Shown here one piece after another: positions 28,520 to 38,022 of a stretch of 46,555 bases of DNA. The position numbers and the translations under genes are program-made. Source of the stretch: Planctomycetaceae bacterium. Lineage in GTDB: Bacteria > Planctomycetota > Planctomycetia > Pirellulales > Pirellulaceae. Numbering within the stretch: position 1 is the first letter of the stretch; every line of letters starts with the position of its first letter. The notes below the pieces were generated by a model. That model was not told the origin of the DNA. It did not search any database and saw only the letters and a program-made list of their open reading frames with translations. The stretch spans positions 1-46,555 of the forward strand of contig SXHS01000012.1 of assembly GCA_005773145.1 (NCBI GenBank). The letters are read 5' to 3'.

Positions 28520-29710
28520 TTAGACCCGTGGAGTCGGGCAACGGAGTGTGAGTCGTGGAATCTCGGGGGGGCAATTCCACCGCCACGGCCGAGTCCCCGC
28601 CAAACCACGGCTGACGTGCATCACCGTCGGTTCACGGAAGAACGTACCGCTGGCGTACCGCACGCCGTACCGACTGGGGGCGAACACAGGCCCGATCCCT
28701 GGCAACCGTACCTGACCGCCGTGTGTGTGCCCAGCCAGCATGAGATCGCAGCCAGCCCGACGGGCCCAGTACCACTGGTCAGGCGAGTGACAGACCGCCA
28801 CACGCAACGACGGTGGGGCAGATTCGTCGGTTGGACAGGTCGTCCAATCGGCCGCTGGGCGAAACCAGGGAAGTTCGTTCCCTGCGAGAATCACTCGACA
28901 GCCCTGAATCGGCAGATCCGTCCAACGGCCTCCCAGATCCTGCAAACCGCGCTGCATCAACGCCGCGCGGACGCGTTTCTCGTCGCGAATGCGCAGCTCG
29001 TGATTTCCCAAGACAAAGAACACGCCGTGCCGGCTGCGCAGCTGGCCCAATATCTCCGCACCCCATTCCAGACAGTTGGCCTTGTCCACGATGTCTCCCG
29101 TGATAACCACCAAATCGGGATCAAGTGCGTTGTTTTGTCGCACCACCTCACGATAAAAGTCGGGGGTGAGTTGTCCGGTGAAGTGCCAATCCGATAGGTG
29201 GACGATCGACAAGCCAGCCAAAGGACGCGGCAAGCGTGCCAGTGTGAGCGACTTGTCCTGAACGGCCAATGTGAGGATCTCGTTGCCTGGAAGCTGAGCG
29301 ATCCAGCGCGTCACTCCGCTGGCAGGTATGCAGCCCAGTTGTTGAACCAAGTTGATTCGCTCCCCGCAGTCATGCGGATCCGGGGGTAGCTCATGCGAGA
29401 AACATCGTCGCCAAAAAAAAACGCCCACGCCGACCAACACGGCCACCACCGCGAACCAGCTGTAGCCGATCCAGGCACGATTGGCGAGCGAAAGCTGTCG
29501 CCACGTATTGTCCGACAGCGGCGCCGTCCACCAGCGATGCACGATCCACAAGGGGATTCCGGCGGCCGCCAGACACCATGCCGCATCGGCCACGCGCAGG
29601 AACCAGCGATTCCAGCCGAGCGAGTGCAGACGGTTGACGATGGCCACGCAGATCAGACTGTGCCCCAACAAGGCCACGCACAAGAACACCACGTGGACGA
29701 GGAAAGGCAT
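28520..29710 (-). CDS. Membrane-anchored metallophosphoesterase (YaeI/YkuE-like, COG1408-type)
   Basis: 4-5 N-terminal TM helices. Then IVHLSDWHF, VITGDIVD, FVLGNHE and LAGHTHGGQV, the calcineurin-like phosphoesterase motifs. Confidence 0.88.
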   Translation of the reverse strand: MPFLVHVVFLCVALLGHSLICVAIVNRLHSLGWNRWFLRVADAAWCLAAAGIPLWIVHRWWTAPLSDNTWRQLSLANRAWIGYSWFAVVAVLVGVGVFFWRRCFSHELPPDPHDCGERINLVQQLGCIPASGVTRWIAQLPGNEILTLAVQDKSLTLARLPRPLAGLSIVHLSDWHFTGQLTPDFYREVVRQNNALDPDLVVITGDIVDKANCLEWGAEILGQLRSRHGVFFVLGNHELRIRDEKRVRAALMQRGLQDLGGRWTDLPIQGCRVILAGNELPWFRPAADWTTCPTDESAPPSLRVAVCHSPDQWYWARRAGCDLMLAGHTHGGQVRLPGIGPVFAPSRYGVRYASGTFFREPTVMHVSRGLAGTRPWRWNCPPEIPRLTLRCPTPRV

Positions 29711-29729
29711 CGGCAACGTACTTTAGGAG

Positions 29730-31454
29730 TTACGACTGGGATACCGACCGCGTGATTTCGCTCATGCTATCCACCGTCTCCACCAATTGGTCCAAGCGGA
29801 ACGGCTTGTACAGCACGGCATTGCGGACCAGGCCTGCTTGTCGCGCCTTCACAATCACGTGCTCCGGATCGTAGCCGAAACCGGTCATCAGCACGAGAGG
29901 CACCGGGTCGAGTACCTCCTGTAAGCGAACTAGTAGCTCGTAACCGGTCATATCAGGCATGCGGGCGTCCGCAATGATTACGTCGTAGCCGGCATCCGGG
30001 CCACTGTTGCGGACCATCAACAGGGCCTCGCCACCCTCATGCGCTGTCTCGACAATGCAACCATACCGTTCCAGCAGCGTGTGGGCCGCGCCGCGCACGC
30101 TCTCGTCGGCATCCGCCACCAAGACGCGCAAACCGCGCAAACGCGGCCAAGCTGCCGGCCGCTGAAACGTCTCGGGCACCGCCTCGGCCGGTGTCATCTT
30201 TTCCCCGACCTTATGGATGACCTGTTTGATGTCACGTGCGTTGCGCAGAATGCGATGCAGTCGGTGCGCCACGTCTGGGGCGTGGCCGATATACCGCTCC
30301 ATGACGTTGACCACATCGTTCAAAATCTCGTCCACCGGCAGCGCCACCTCGCAATGAATCGCTTCGACGCTGGCCTGCGCGGTGTTGGCTTGTTGCGCGA
30401 CGAGTAGTTCCAACGTGTTGAGTGCTGCTGCCAAATCGCGAGAAAAAATCTCTAAAAACTGCAGATCGCTTTCCGTGAATGCGCCCGGTTCAGGGCTCTC
30501 GACGTTGAAGGTGCCAATTACCTGATCATGGTGCAGCAACGGAACGGTCAAGGAACTCTTGGCGCCCTTGAACCCTTCAATGTAGAGCGGATCCTCGGTT
30601 GTGTCTTCACACAAGTAGCTCTTGCGGGTCGCCGCCACGAAGCCAGTCACGCCATTTTGTTGGGGTTGTGCGAACAGCGGTCGGCTTGCCGCCGTCGGCT
30701 CCAGTCCGACGGAGAGTAGAGGCACCAATTGGCCGGTCTTTTGTTCCAATAGGCGAATCTCGATCACATCGAAATTCAGCACGTCTTTGGTGAAATGGAC
30801 GATATTCGACTTAAGGAGCTCAATCCGATCTTCCACCGCCAGGTGAAAGACTTCTTCTGGCTTCATGTCGGCCAACTGGATCCCGGCCTGGTGGATCGCC
30901 TCGAGCTTCTGGTGCTGCAGTGTTTCTTCGGTAATGTCACGAACGGTTACGATCAGCAGCTCTGGCCTGGCCTCTTGATCCAGTACTGGCGCGGCATGCA
31001 CATGATAGTAGCGATTCGGCTGACAACGCAGCTTGCTACTACTCGGCTCCCCGGTCGCCAAGGCCGTATGAAACGGGCAGAAGTCGGGACCAATGATCTC
31101 GGGGCTGCCAAAGGCGGCGTAAAAATTGAGTCCCTCAATGGACTCGCGGCCAATCCATTGGTGCAACCGTGCATTGCCCCACAGGACTGTGTTGTGCAGG
31201 TCCAAAACCACGATGCCGTCCGGCATCCCTTCCAGAATCCGTTCGTTCTGCAGCAGACGCCCCAGCCGAGACGTCTCCGATAACTCGCGGGTCGCCGCCA
31301 GAACGGCCGCATAATCGCCCCGTCTCAACTCAACCAGCGCCCGCAACGGACTCGGGACGAGCACGACTTCGTACTGCGATCCCATTCCAGCGAGCAACTC
31401 TTGGTTCTCGGGACTCTCATCTCCAATACAAAGGATCTTGGGTTTAACCGCCAA
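29730..31454 (-). CDS. Multidomain signalling protein: degenerate receiver - PAS - GAF - canonical receiver, no output domain
   Basis: The N-terminal REC-like fold lacks the acceptor Asp (YAAVLAATRE). PAS-like segment MPDGIVVLDLHNTVLWGNARL. GAF-like middle domain. The C-terminal REC has VLVADADES, VIIADARMPDMTG, LMTGF and LYKPF. A TTG start is assumed. Confidence 0.8.
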   Translation of the reverse strand: MAVKPKILCIGDESPENQELLAGMGSQYEVVLVPSPLRALVELRRGDYAAVLAATRELSETSRLGRLLQNERILEGMPDGIVVLDLHNTVLWGNARLHQWIGRESIEGLNFYAAFGSPEIIGPDFCPFHTALATGEPSSSKLRCQPNRYYHVHAAPVLDQEARPELLIVTVRDITEETLQHQKLEAIHQAGIQLADMKPEEVFHLAVEDRIELLKSNIVHFTKDVLNFDVIEIRLLEQKTGQLVPLLSVGLEPTAASRPLFAQPQQNGVTGFVAATRKSYLCEDTTEDPLYIEGFKGAKSSLTVPLLHHDQVIGTFNVESPEPGAFTESDLQFLEIFSRDLAAALNTLELLVAQQANTAQASVEAIHCEVALPVDEILNDVVNVMERYIGHAPDVAHRLHRILRNARDIKQVIHKVGEKMTPAEAVPETFQRPAAWPRLRGLRVLVADADESVRGAAHTLLERYGCIVETAHEGGEALLMVRNSGPDAGYDVIIADARMPDMTGYELLVRLQEVLDPVPLVLMTGFGYDPEHVIVKARQAGLVRNAVLYKPFRLDQLVETVDSMSEITRSVSQS

Positions 31455-31852
31455 CCCTGCACCCCCCTCCCATGACCGACGCCCGCATCAGCGTTGAAAC
31501 TCTGCTGAAATTATAGGAGCGCTCGACAATCGGTACAACCGTTCGACCTTCGCCAATCCTACATCTTTCGATCGGCCTCTCGGAGGGGCCGACATTAGTA
31601 AGACCTGGGATGCATCTGGCAGATCCGGGTTCGCCGACACAGGTGTGCCATGGGAAATCCCTGCTATCACTACAAGTCGACGTGCCGATCATGCCCCGGA
31701 ACTTCTCTGGTTCGCGGGCCGATACGTAGGGATGGTGGTGGCACTCCGCGCACAGCGGGTCCGCAAGCGCCCCCCAATGCCAAACCGTCGTAGCCGGCGA
31801 GCGCCACCCGACCGTTGGGGCGCCCGATGGCAGTCAGCAAAGGATCGATCGG

Positions 31853-32098
31853 ATGTGGCGCGCGATTTTCATGGCGCTGGGTATCTCCTTCTGCATCCTC
31901 GGGGCCGAATGCCTCGTGGTGGATCGGGCCATACTCGCGCGAAACGCTGATCCGTCCGAGGTCCAGGCCTTGGTCCCCGACATGACGGTCGTCTCGGCCA
32001 AGCGGGTCGTGACCCCGCCCGAATGGGCCCCATTCGCCCTGCTGTCCTTCGGCACGGTGGTCATCTTGTACTCGCGCACCTTTTCGCAAGGCGGCTAG
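31853..32098 (+). CDS. Small two-TM membrane protein (hypothetical)
   Basis: 81 aa with two hydrophobic helices (AIFMALGISFCILGAECLVV and WAPFALLSFGTVVILY). AAAGGA lies about 9 nt upstream of the ATG. Confidence 0.45.
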   Translation: MWRAIFMALGISFCILGAECLVVDRAILARNADPSEVQALVPDMTVVSAKRVVTPPEWAPFALLSFGTVVILYSRTFSQGG

Positions 32099-32148
32099 AA
32101 GATGTGCGGTGCGACGAGAGCAGAGCCTGGAAAAAAGCGAATCTGCGG

Positions 32149-33327
32149 CTACCAGTCACCAACGCTGCCGTCGCGATAAAAGACGCGCTGGGGCAACTCG
32201 GGCTGAAACGGATGGCGAGCCACTTCCGCTTCGTTGATTTCGATGCCTAGCCCAGGACGTGTGTTGGGATGCACGATGCGTCCCTTGGGATCGATCACGA
32301 ACCCCTCCGACACGACATCGGTTCGCCAGGGTACGTCCGCGTGTACTGTTTCGCAGATGATGTAACTCGGCTGTGAGAAGCCAAATTCCAGCGATGCCGC
32401 GGTGCTGACGGGCCCCTGTGGGTTATGTGGTGCCAGCGCAATGCGGTAAGAGTCGGCCAAGGCAGCGATACGTCGGGCGGCGGTGAGTCCCCCGCAGTGG
32501 GCGATGTCCATCTGGCAAACCTCGCATCCCCGCCGGGCAAAGAGTTCGCGGAAGTAGGCCAAATCGGTGATCCGTTCCCCCGTGGCCACTGGCGTGGTGA
32601 TCGCCGCATTGATCATCGCTAGCCCATCAATGGATTCGGGCCAACACGGCTCCTCAAAAAAGTAGAGGCCGAAGGGTTCCAACGCCTTGCCGAACTGCAA
32701 GCCCATTGTGGGGGACGGGCGGGCGTGGCAATCGACCATGATATCGATGTCCGGACCCACAGCGTCACGCATGGCGGCGACAGCTGCCTCCGCCCGCTTG
32801 ATGGGGCGCAATCCCTCCAGGGGCATGGTCGGGGGAACGGCCATGGACTTGAAAGCCGTGTAGCCATCCGCGACGGCTTGCTGCGCCAATTCTCCAAAAC
32901 GCCGCGCGTCCTCAATCGGCGTTTCATAAAAATCCTCCATGCGACCTCCGCCCAAGTGGCAGTAGGTGCGCACCCAATCGCGCACTCGTCCCCCCCACAA
33001 TTGACAACAGGGCATGTTGGCGATCTTACCGGCAATGTCCCAAAGTGCGATGTCAATGCCGGATATGGCGGTAGAACGCACGATGCCGTTGCCATGCCAA
33101 AAATGCTGGCGATACATCATTTGCCACAGGTGCTCGATCCGGCGCACATCTTCCCCCACAACCAGTTCCGCCAAATCCTCGATCGCTCCGACCACCCCCC
33201 GCGTGTGCCATTCCAAAGTGGCTTCGCCCCACCCGTGCAGGCCCGGCTGATCGGTGAGAACTTTGACAAAAACCCAGTTGCGCATTCTCGCATTACAAAC
33301 GTGCGTCTCTATTTTGGTAATCTTCAT
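32149..33327 (-). CDS. Enolase-superfamily sugar-acid dehydratase (galactonate dehydratase-like)
   Basis: [44 protein letters not shown]. The metal-ligand regions ([13 protein letters not shown]) are consistent with the mandelate racemase/DgoD family. The start ATG overlaps the upstream stop (ATGA). Confidence 0.88.
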   Translation of the reverse strand: MKITKIETHVCNARMRNWVFVKVLTDQPGLHGWGEATLEWHTRGVVGAIEDLAELVVGEDVRRIEHLWQMMYRQHFWHGNGIVRSTAISGIDIALWDIAGKIANMPCCQLWGGRVRDWVRTYCHLGGGRMEDFYETPIEDARRFGELAQQAVADGYTAFKSMAVPPTMPLEGLRPIKRAEAAVAAMRDAVGPDIDIMVDCHARPSPTMGLQFGKALEPFGLYFFEEPCWPESIDGLAMINAAITTPVATGERITDLAYFRELFARRGCEVCQMDIAHCGGLTAARRIAALADSYRIALAPHNPQGPVSTAASLEFGFSQPSYIICETVHADVPWRTDVVSEGFVIDPKGRIVHPNTRPGLGIEINEAEVARHPFQPELPQRVFYRDGSVGDW

Positions 33328-34805
33328 TTGGGCTCCAATAGAGCATGAATGCCGGTCGTGAGACCTTGCAAAATGATTTCGAGGCACCCCTTGGCCAGAA
33401 TCGAGGCGTCTTCCTGGTACAGGCCTTTTCCAAATGACGCCGCATCGGGGACGTACCACACCTGCGATCCATTGGCCAACGTGCCGAATACCAGGGCCTG
33501 CTGCGGGAAGCGGGCCCGCAATTCCCGTTGCAACACGTTGTAATGCTCACCATTCAACGGAATCCAGATGGCATCCCCCATCCGCCACAAGGGAATGCAC
33601 AGCGGGTAGTGGTCTCCCTCCGGTAGGCCGCCAAAACGAGTAAAGCTGCGGTCGGCCCGTTCCAACATGGCTCGTGCCGAGGCCTGGCCGGATGTCTCTC
33701 CCTGGCGCTCGGCGGCTTCTAGAGCGGCTTGCCAATGTAGCTTGTCCGCTTCCATCTGTGCCATCGTCGGCAGGTCGGCCCGATAGGGGATCGGTAGAGT
33801 GAGCCATTGCGAACGCCAGACTCGCGATTGGGCTGCGTCATCAGCCGTCACGGGCTCGTAAGCCCAGGTACCGAGGGTCGCGCCCGAAACAACCGGACCC
33901 TGGTAGACGAACCGTTGGCCGGCCGGTGGTAACGACTCGAGTGCCGACAGGGCAGCGTAACCCAGCTGTCGCCCGTTGCGGTCCGCCACCGCTGGATCCC
34001 CCACAAAACCATCTCGCGGTCCAATGTCGCCCGACGCGCCTTGAGCAAAGAAGCACGGCGCTCCGGTCGCACCCTCCACCACCTCGCACATGGCCCCCAC
34101 GTAGTCAGGACTGATCAGCGTATTGTCCCAGGCCAATGTGGTGGGATGGCAGGCGTAATTGACGATCGTCCCCAAGACCTGGCCGGCAGTGGATGCAATG
34201 CGTGCGACCAATACCGAATCGTCGGCTGGACCGGTAGGATTCGCGCCACACACGTACTTACCATACGTTTCGTCAAGATAGTCGCGGTGCATCGCCAAAC
34301 TACAGCGCCCCGTACCATAGACCATGGTCGCCGGCGTGCGCCGCTCGCGGGCCGTTACCGCCAATTGGCCCAGCTGCCTCGATAGACAAGCCAGATAATC
34401 CGCGATCCCTTCACCCCCAGGCAAGTTGCTCCGCTCCAGCCCCAAGAGTCCGGCCGCATGGGTATGCGTGAACCAAACGCTGATGGCGGAAGCGTCGAGT
34501 CCCGTCGCGCGAACCATGCCGTCCAGCAGCATGTGCATCTCGCGCTGCCAAAGCAGGCAATGATCCAGGGAGACAAGGACCCGCGGCGATTCGCCAGGCG
34601 CGGAGCCTGGATGCGGTTCAAAATACAGAACGGTGGCGGTCAACGGCCGATGTATGCCCGTGGAACGGTCAACCTTCGCCGCACCCCACATGCGATGATA
34701 CATGCCAACTGGCGGGGTGACTTCGGCGCGGGCGATGCCCACCACCGTCTGATGTTGTGGAAATTTCAGCTGCCGTACGCTGGTCGAGTGGCTCGGAACG
34801 GTCAT
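33324..34805 (-). CDS. Neutral/alkaline-ceramidase-like hydrolase family protein (paralog 1)
   Basis: [35 protein letters not shown] and GASGDIGP, in the order seen in ceramidase_alk-like folds. It is clearly homologous to 41197..42699. Confidence 0.6.
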   Translation of the reverse strand: MTVPSHSTSVRQLKFPQHQTVVGIARAEVTPPVGMYHRMWGAAKVDRSTGIHRPLTATVLYFEPHPGSAPGESPRVLVSLDHCLLWQREMHMLLDGMVRATGLDASAISVWFTHTHAAGLLGLERSNLPGGEGIADYLACLSRQLGQLAVTARERRTPATMVYGTGRCSLAMHRDYLDETYGKYVCGANPTGPADDSVLVARIASTAGQVLGTIVNYACHPTTLAWDNTLISPDYVGAMCEVVEGATGAPCFFAQGASGDIGPRDGFVGDPAVADRNGRQLGYAALSALESLPPAGQRFVYQGPVVSGATLGTWAYEPVTADDAAQSRVWRSQWLTLPIPYRADLPTMAQMEADKLHWQAALEAAERQGETSGQASARAMLERADRSFTRFGGLPEGDHYPLCIPLWRMGDAIWIPLNGEHYNVLQRELRARFPQQALVFGTLANGSQVWYVPDAASFGKGLYQEDASILAKGCLEIILQGLTTGIHALLEPK

Positions 34806-34852
34806 CAGTCATAGTGCTCCACACGGAAAATGCTTTTGCCCAAGCGACGCAG

Positions 34853-34880
34853 TCAAATCTCAAATCTCAAATTTCAAATC
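34853..34880 (+). repeat. Heptanucleotide tandem repeat (TCAAATC)x4, one copy TCAAATT
   Basis: tcaaatc-tcaaatc-tcaaatt-tcaaatc. This AT-rich island sits in the 85-bp gap between two minus-strand genes. Confidence 0.95.
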
Positions 34881-34890
34881 CCCCGATCCT

Positions 34891-35859
34891 CTATCGTCGG
34901 GCGTCCCACACCTCGGCATTGATCAAATGCTTGGGGCGTCGGCCAGCGAAGAATTCCAAAATCTGTTCAGCGGCTGCCGTCCACAGGCGAAGCCGGCCGA
35001 CGGTCGTCGCGGATGCCACGTGAGGCGTGGCAATCACGTTGTCCAGTTGCAACAGCGGATGATCGGGAGCGGGGGGCTCCACTTGGTAAACATCCAAGCC
35101 GGCACCACGTAGATGCCCGGACTTGAGTGCGGCGAGCAAGGCATCCTCATCGATCAAGGCGCCACGAGATGCGTTGATCAGGACAGCCCCCGCCTTCATG
35201 CCAGCGATGCGTGTGGCGTTCATCAGGTTACGTGTCTCGGGCGTGGCCGGCAGGTGCAAGGAGACGACGTCACTTTCAGCCAAGAGTTGTTCGAGAGTCG
35301 TTACCCTGCGCACCCCCAACTCGGCGAACCGTGCCGGATCCAATGCGGGATCGTAAGCCGATACGTCCATATCGATGGCCTGGCCAAAACGGGCCACACG
35401 GGCGCCAATACGGCCCATTCCCACCAAACCCAGACGCAGGCCGGCCAACTCCAAGGCGTTATTGACTGAGAAAAAATCGCGACATTGACCGGCGCGCATG
35501 CGATGGTCCACGATGCGCAGTTCCTTAGTTGTGGCCATCAACAGCATGATGGCGTGTTCCGCCGTTGACACTGTCGGCGCATCCGGCGCATTGCAAACCA
35601 AGATGCCCCGCTTGGTAGCTGCCTGAACATCGACATTGTCGTATCCAATGCCGTTGCGCGCGATGATTCGCAGGCGAGGGGCACGGTCCATCGTCGCGCC
35701 ATCCAAGGCCATCCCCCCGGCGAGCACCGCATCGGCTTCGGCCGCTCCAGAAAAGGGATCCCCCGGTGAGTCCGCTAGGCGGCCAAGCTCCGTGGCGACT
35801 CCGGCAATCATCGAGAGGACTACGGCCGGCGGTTTGCGTTCGAACCAGATGGTAGGCAT
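34891..35859 (-). CDS. D-isomer-specific 2-hydroxyacid dehydrogenase family (NAD-binding)
   Basis: LGLVGMGRIGARVA (GXGXXG), INASRGALIDEDAL, GAGLDVYQVEP, NVIATPHVASAT. Confidence 0.9.
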   Translation of the reverse strand: MPTIWFERKPPAVVLSMIAGVATELGRLADSPGDPFSGAAEADAVLAGGMALDGATMDRAPRLRIIARNGIGYDNVDVQAATKRGILVCNAPDAPTVSTAEHAIMLLMATTKELRIVDHRMRAGQCRDFFSVNNALELAGLRLGLVGMGRIGARVARFGQAIDMDVSAYDPALDPARFAELGVRRVTTLEQLLAESDVVSLHLPATPETRNLMNATRIAGMKAGAVLINASRGALIDEDALLAALKSGHLRGAGLDVYQVEPPAPDHPLLQLDNVIATPHVASATTVGRLRLWTAAAEQILEFFAGRRPKHLINAEVWDARR

Positions 35860-35972
35860 GATAGGTTTTTCCTTGGAAGATTTGCGGACCACGAGAAATT
35901 TCGACGGCCAAAGGCTGTTGGAAGCGAAGCGATGGTGGATGGTATGAAATGGGTGTGGGTCGGGGGATGAAC

Positions 35973-36734
35973 TTATCGCAATTTGGAAAACCCACCGGCC
36001 AAATTGCGCATGGCCGCGGCCAGCGTGGTACCGTCACTCCCCAGCCCGATCATGGTGAAGCCCCACGCGTGATAGGCTGCGACCTGCTCCTGAGTCGATG
36101 CCAGGATGCCGGCCGCCTTGCCGTGCCGGCCACAGGCGGCCACGATCCGTTGTAACGCGTCGGCCAGCTGCGGATGGTCGTACTGCAATGGGATCCCCAT
36201 ACTCACGGTGAGGTCGGTGGGACCGACGAACAGCACATCAATTCCCTCGACGGCCGCGATCTCGTCGGCGTTCTTCAGGGCCTCGGATGTTTCAATTTGA
36301 GCGATGGTCAACACGTGATCGTTCGCCTCCGCCAAGTACTCGCGGAATCGCTGGCCGTACCCGGCCGCGCGCGGCGAACCGGCTACGCCGCGGATTCCCG
36401 CAGGTGGATAGCGAGTGGCCCGCGCGGCTTGACGCGCCTCTTCCGCCGTGTTGATCCAGGGGATCATCAATCCGACGGCTCCGGCGTCCAGCGATCGCTT
36501 GCAGCGCACGGGATCGTTCCAGGCCACACGCACCAGCGGCGCCGCTGGCGTGCCACTGACTGCCTGCAAGACGCCGATCAGTCGATCCTGGTCGAGCGCC
36601 CCGTGCTCCAGATCGACCAACACCCAATCAAACCCGGCCTGCGCGGCAATCTCCGCATTGACCGACGAGCCGGTGTTCAAGAACGTGCCGGCCATGAGAC
36701 GACCCGACAACACATCGTGACGTATCCATTGCAT
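35973..36734 (-). CDS. HpcH/HpaI-family 2-keto-3-deoxy-sugar-acid aldolase
   Basis: GFDWVLVDLEHGA, LVRV..NDPVRCKRSLDAGAVGLMIPWINTAEEA, RYPPAGIRG, IAQIETSEAL, DVLFVGPTDL. Confidence 0.88.
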   Translation of the reverse strand: MQWIRHDVLSGRLMAGTFLNTGSSVNAEIAAQAGFDWVLVDLEHGALDQDRLIGVLQAVSGTPAAPLVRVAWNDPVRCKRSLDAGAVGLMIPWINTAEEARQAARATRYPPAGIRGVAGSPRAAGYGQRFREYLAEANDHVLTIAQIETSEALKNADEIAAVEGIDVLFVGPTDLTVSMGIPLQYDHPQLADALQRIVAACGRHGKAAGILASTQEQVAAYHAWGFTMIGLGSDGTTLAAAMRNLAGGFSKLR

Positions 36735-37041
36735 GGGCGTATTGGTCCAGCCGGGTGGAACAGGAGTGGGGCAAACCGTCCCCATCATAACGGCTGCATG
36801 CGGCTGAGCAACCGGGCCGGACGCGATAAGTTAGGTGCCCCCAAACGACATGAACCATGTTACGGTCCTTCGCTTTACGTGTCGCATCGATTCACGTTAG
36901 GATATACCCGTGGCGGAGTTGGTGGCTCGCGAACGGCGTCGGCCCGACATTCAGGCGTCAACACCGTGGGGCGATGCCACGGGCGCACACTTCACGGCCC
37001 AGGCCGGGCGTTGCAGCCCACCGGACTTAGCGGGAGCAGGC

Positions 37042-38022
37042 ATGGCAAACGCGGATTCGGCGGCAGCGATGGTCAATCAAGTTGCCAAGCGTGTCGTGGC
37101 CAACGTCGAGCAGGTGGTGGTCGGCAAGCGCCAATCTTTGCTCTTGGCACTCACCTGCTGGCTCAGCGAAGGGCATATCTTGTTGGAGGACGTCCCCGGT
37201 GTCGCCAAGACCGTATTGGCGCGGGCCTTGGCACGGAGCTTGGGTGGGTCCTTCAAGCGGATTCAGTGCACGCCGGACGTGCTCCCCTCCGACATCACCG
37301 GGGCCTCGGTCTTCAATCCTCAGACCGTTTCCTTTGAGTTTCGTCCCGGCCCGATCTTTGCCCAAGTCGTTTTGGCCGATGAAATCAACCGCGCGACGCC
37401 GCGCACGCAGTCTGCGTTGCTGGAGGCGATGGCCGAGCAGCATGTGACCGTCGATGGCACAACGCATGTCTTGGAATCTCCCTTCTTGGTGATTGCCACG
37501 CAAAACCCGATCGATCACGAAGGAACCTTCCCCTTGCCAGAGGCTCAGTTGGATCGCTTCTTGATGCGTTTTCAGTTGGGGTATCCGACCATGGAGGAAG
37601 AACTGAAGATGCTGGAGTTGCTGGAGCGAGAGCATCCGCTGAATCGCTTGGAGCCGGTGATTAGCCCCAGTGATTTAATAGCTTGTCAACAGGCGGTGCG
37701 CACGATTCGTGTGGATCCCAAAGTTCGCCATTATTTGTTGCAACTCGTGCATGCCTCGCGGAGTCATGAGGACGTGGCCCTGGGGGCGAGCCCACGCGGC
37801 TCGATCGCCTTGTTCCGAGCCGCGCAGGCCATGGCTGCGATCCGCGGCCGTGACTTCGTGCAACCCGACGACATCAAGCGAATTGTGCTCCCCGTGTTGA
37901 GCCATCGCATGATTCTCAAGCCGGAGAGTCGATTGCGAAAGGTCAATGCGACCCGAGTGGTGGAGGAGTTGATCGAGGAAACCCCAGTGCCTTTGCTGGC
38001 CAACGAGACGCGTGCCACATGA
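37042..38022 (+). CDS. MoxR-like AAA+ ATPase
   Basis: VVGKRQSLLLALTCWLSEGHILLEDVPGVAKT (Walker A), VLADEINRATPRTQSALLEAM (Walker B/sensor), ATQNPIDHEGTFPLPEAQLDRF. The ATG at 37042 gives about 326 aa. Confidence 0.92.
   Translation: MANADSAAAMVNQVAKRVVANVEQVVVGKRQSLLLALTCWLSEGHILLEDVPGVAKTVLARALARSLGGSFKRIQCTPDVLPSDITGASVFNPQTVSFEFRPGPIFAQVVLADEINRATPRTQSALLEAMAEQHVTVDGTTHVLESPFLVIATQNPIDHEGTFPLPEAQLDRFLMRFQLGYPTMEEELKMLELLEREHPLNRLEPVISPSDLIACQQAVRTIRVDPKVRHYLLQLVHASRSHEDVALGASPRGSIALFRAAQAMAAIRGRDFVQPDDIKRIVLPVLSHRMILKPESRLRKVNATRVVEELIEETPVPLLANETRAT

Noticed and set aside
31692-31833. The minus-strand frame encodes ...LCAECHHHPYVSAREPEKF..., which is reminiscent of the DUF1553 CAQCHHHPYD / heme CXXCH motif. 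It lies just upstream of the REC-PAS-GAF-REC gene.
   Set aside because: The motif lies upstream of the only start codon in that frame (ATG 31692) and directly follows a stop at 31834-31836. No other DUF1553-like sequence surrounds it. It is most likely chance or a very degraded relic. It is worth a tBLASTn check but cannot be supported as a gene.
34853-34880. The possibility that the heptamer arrays are CRISPR-like or minisatellite mobile elements.
   Set aside because: The unit is only 7 bp with no spacers, no cas genes are present, and there are no terminal inverted repeats. These are simple tandem repeats. They are reported as findings, not as CRISPR or mobile elements.
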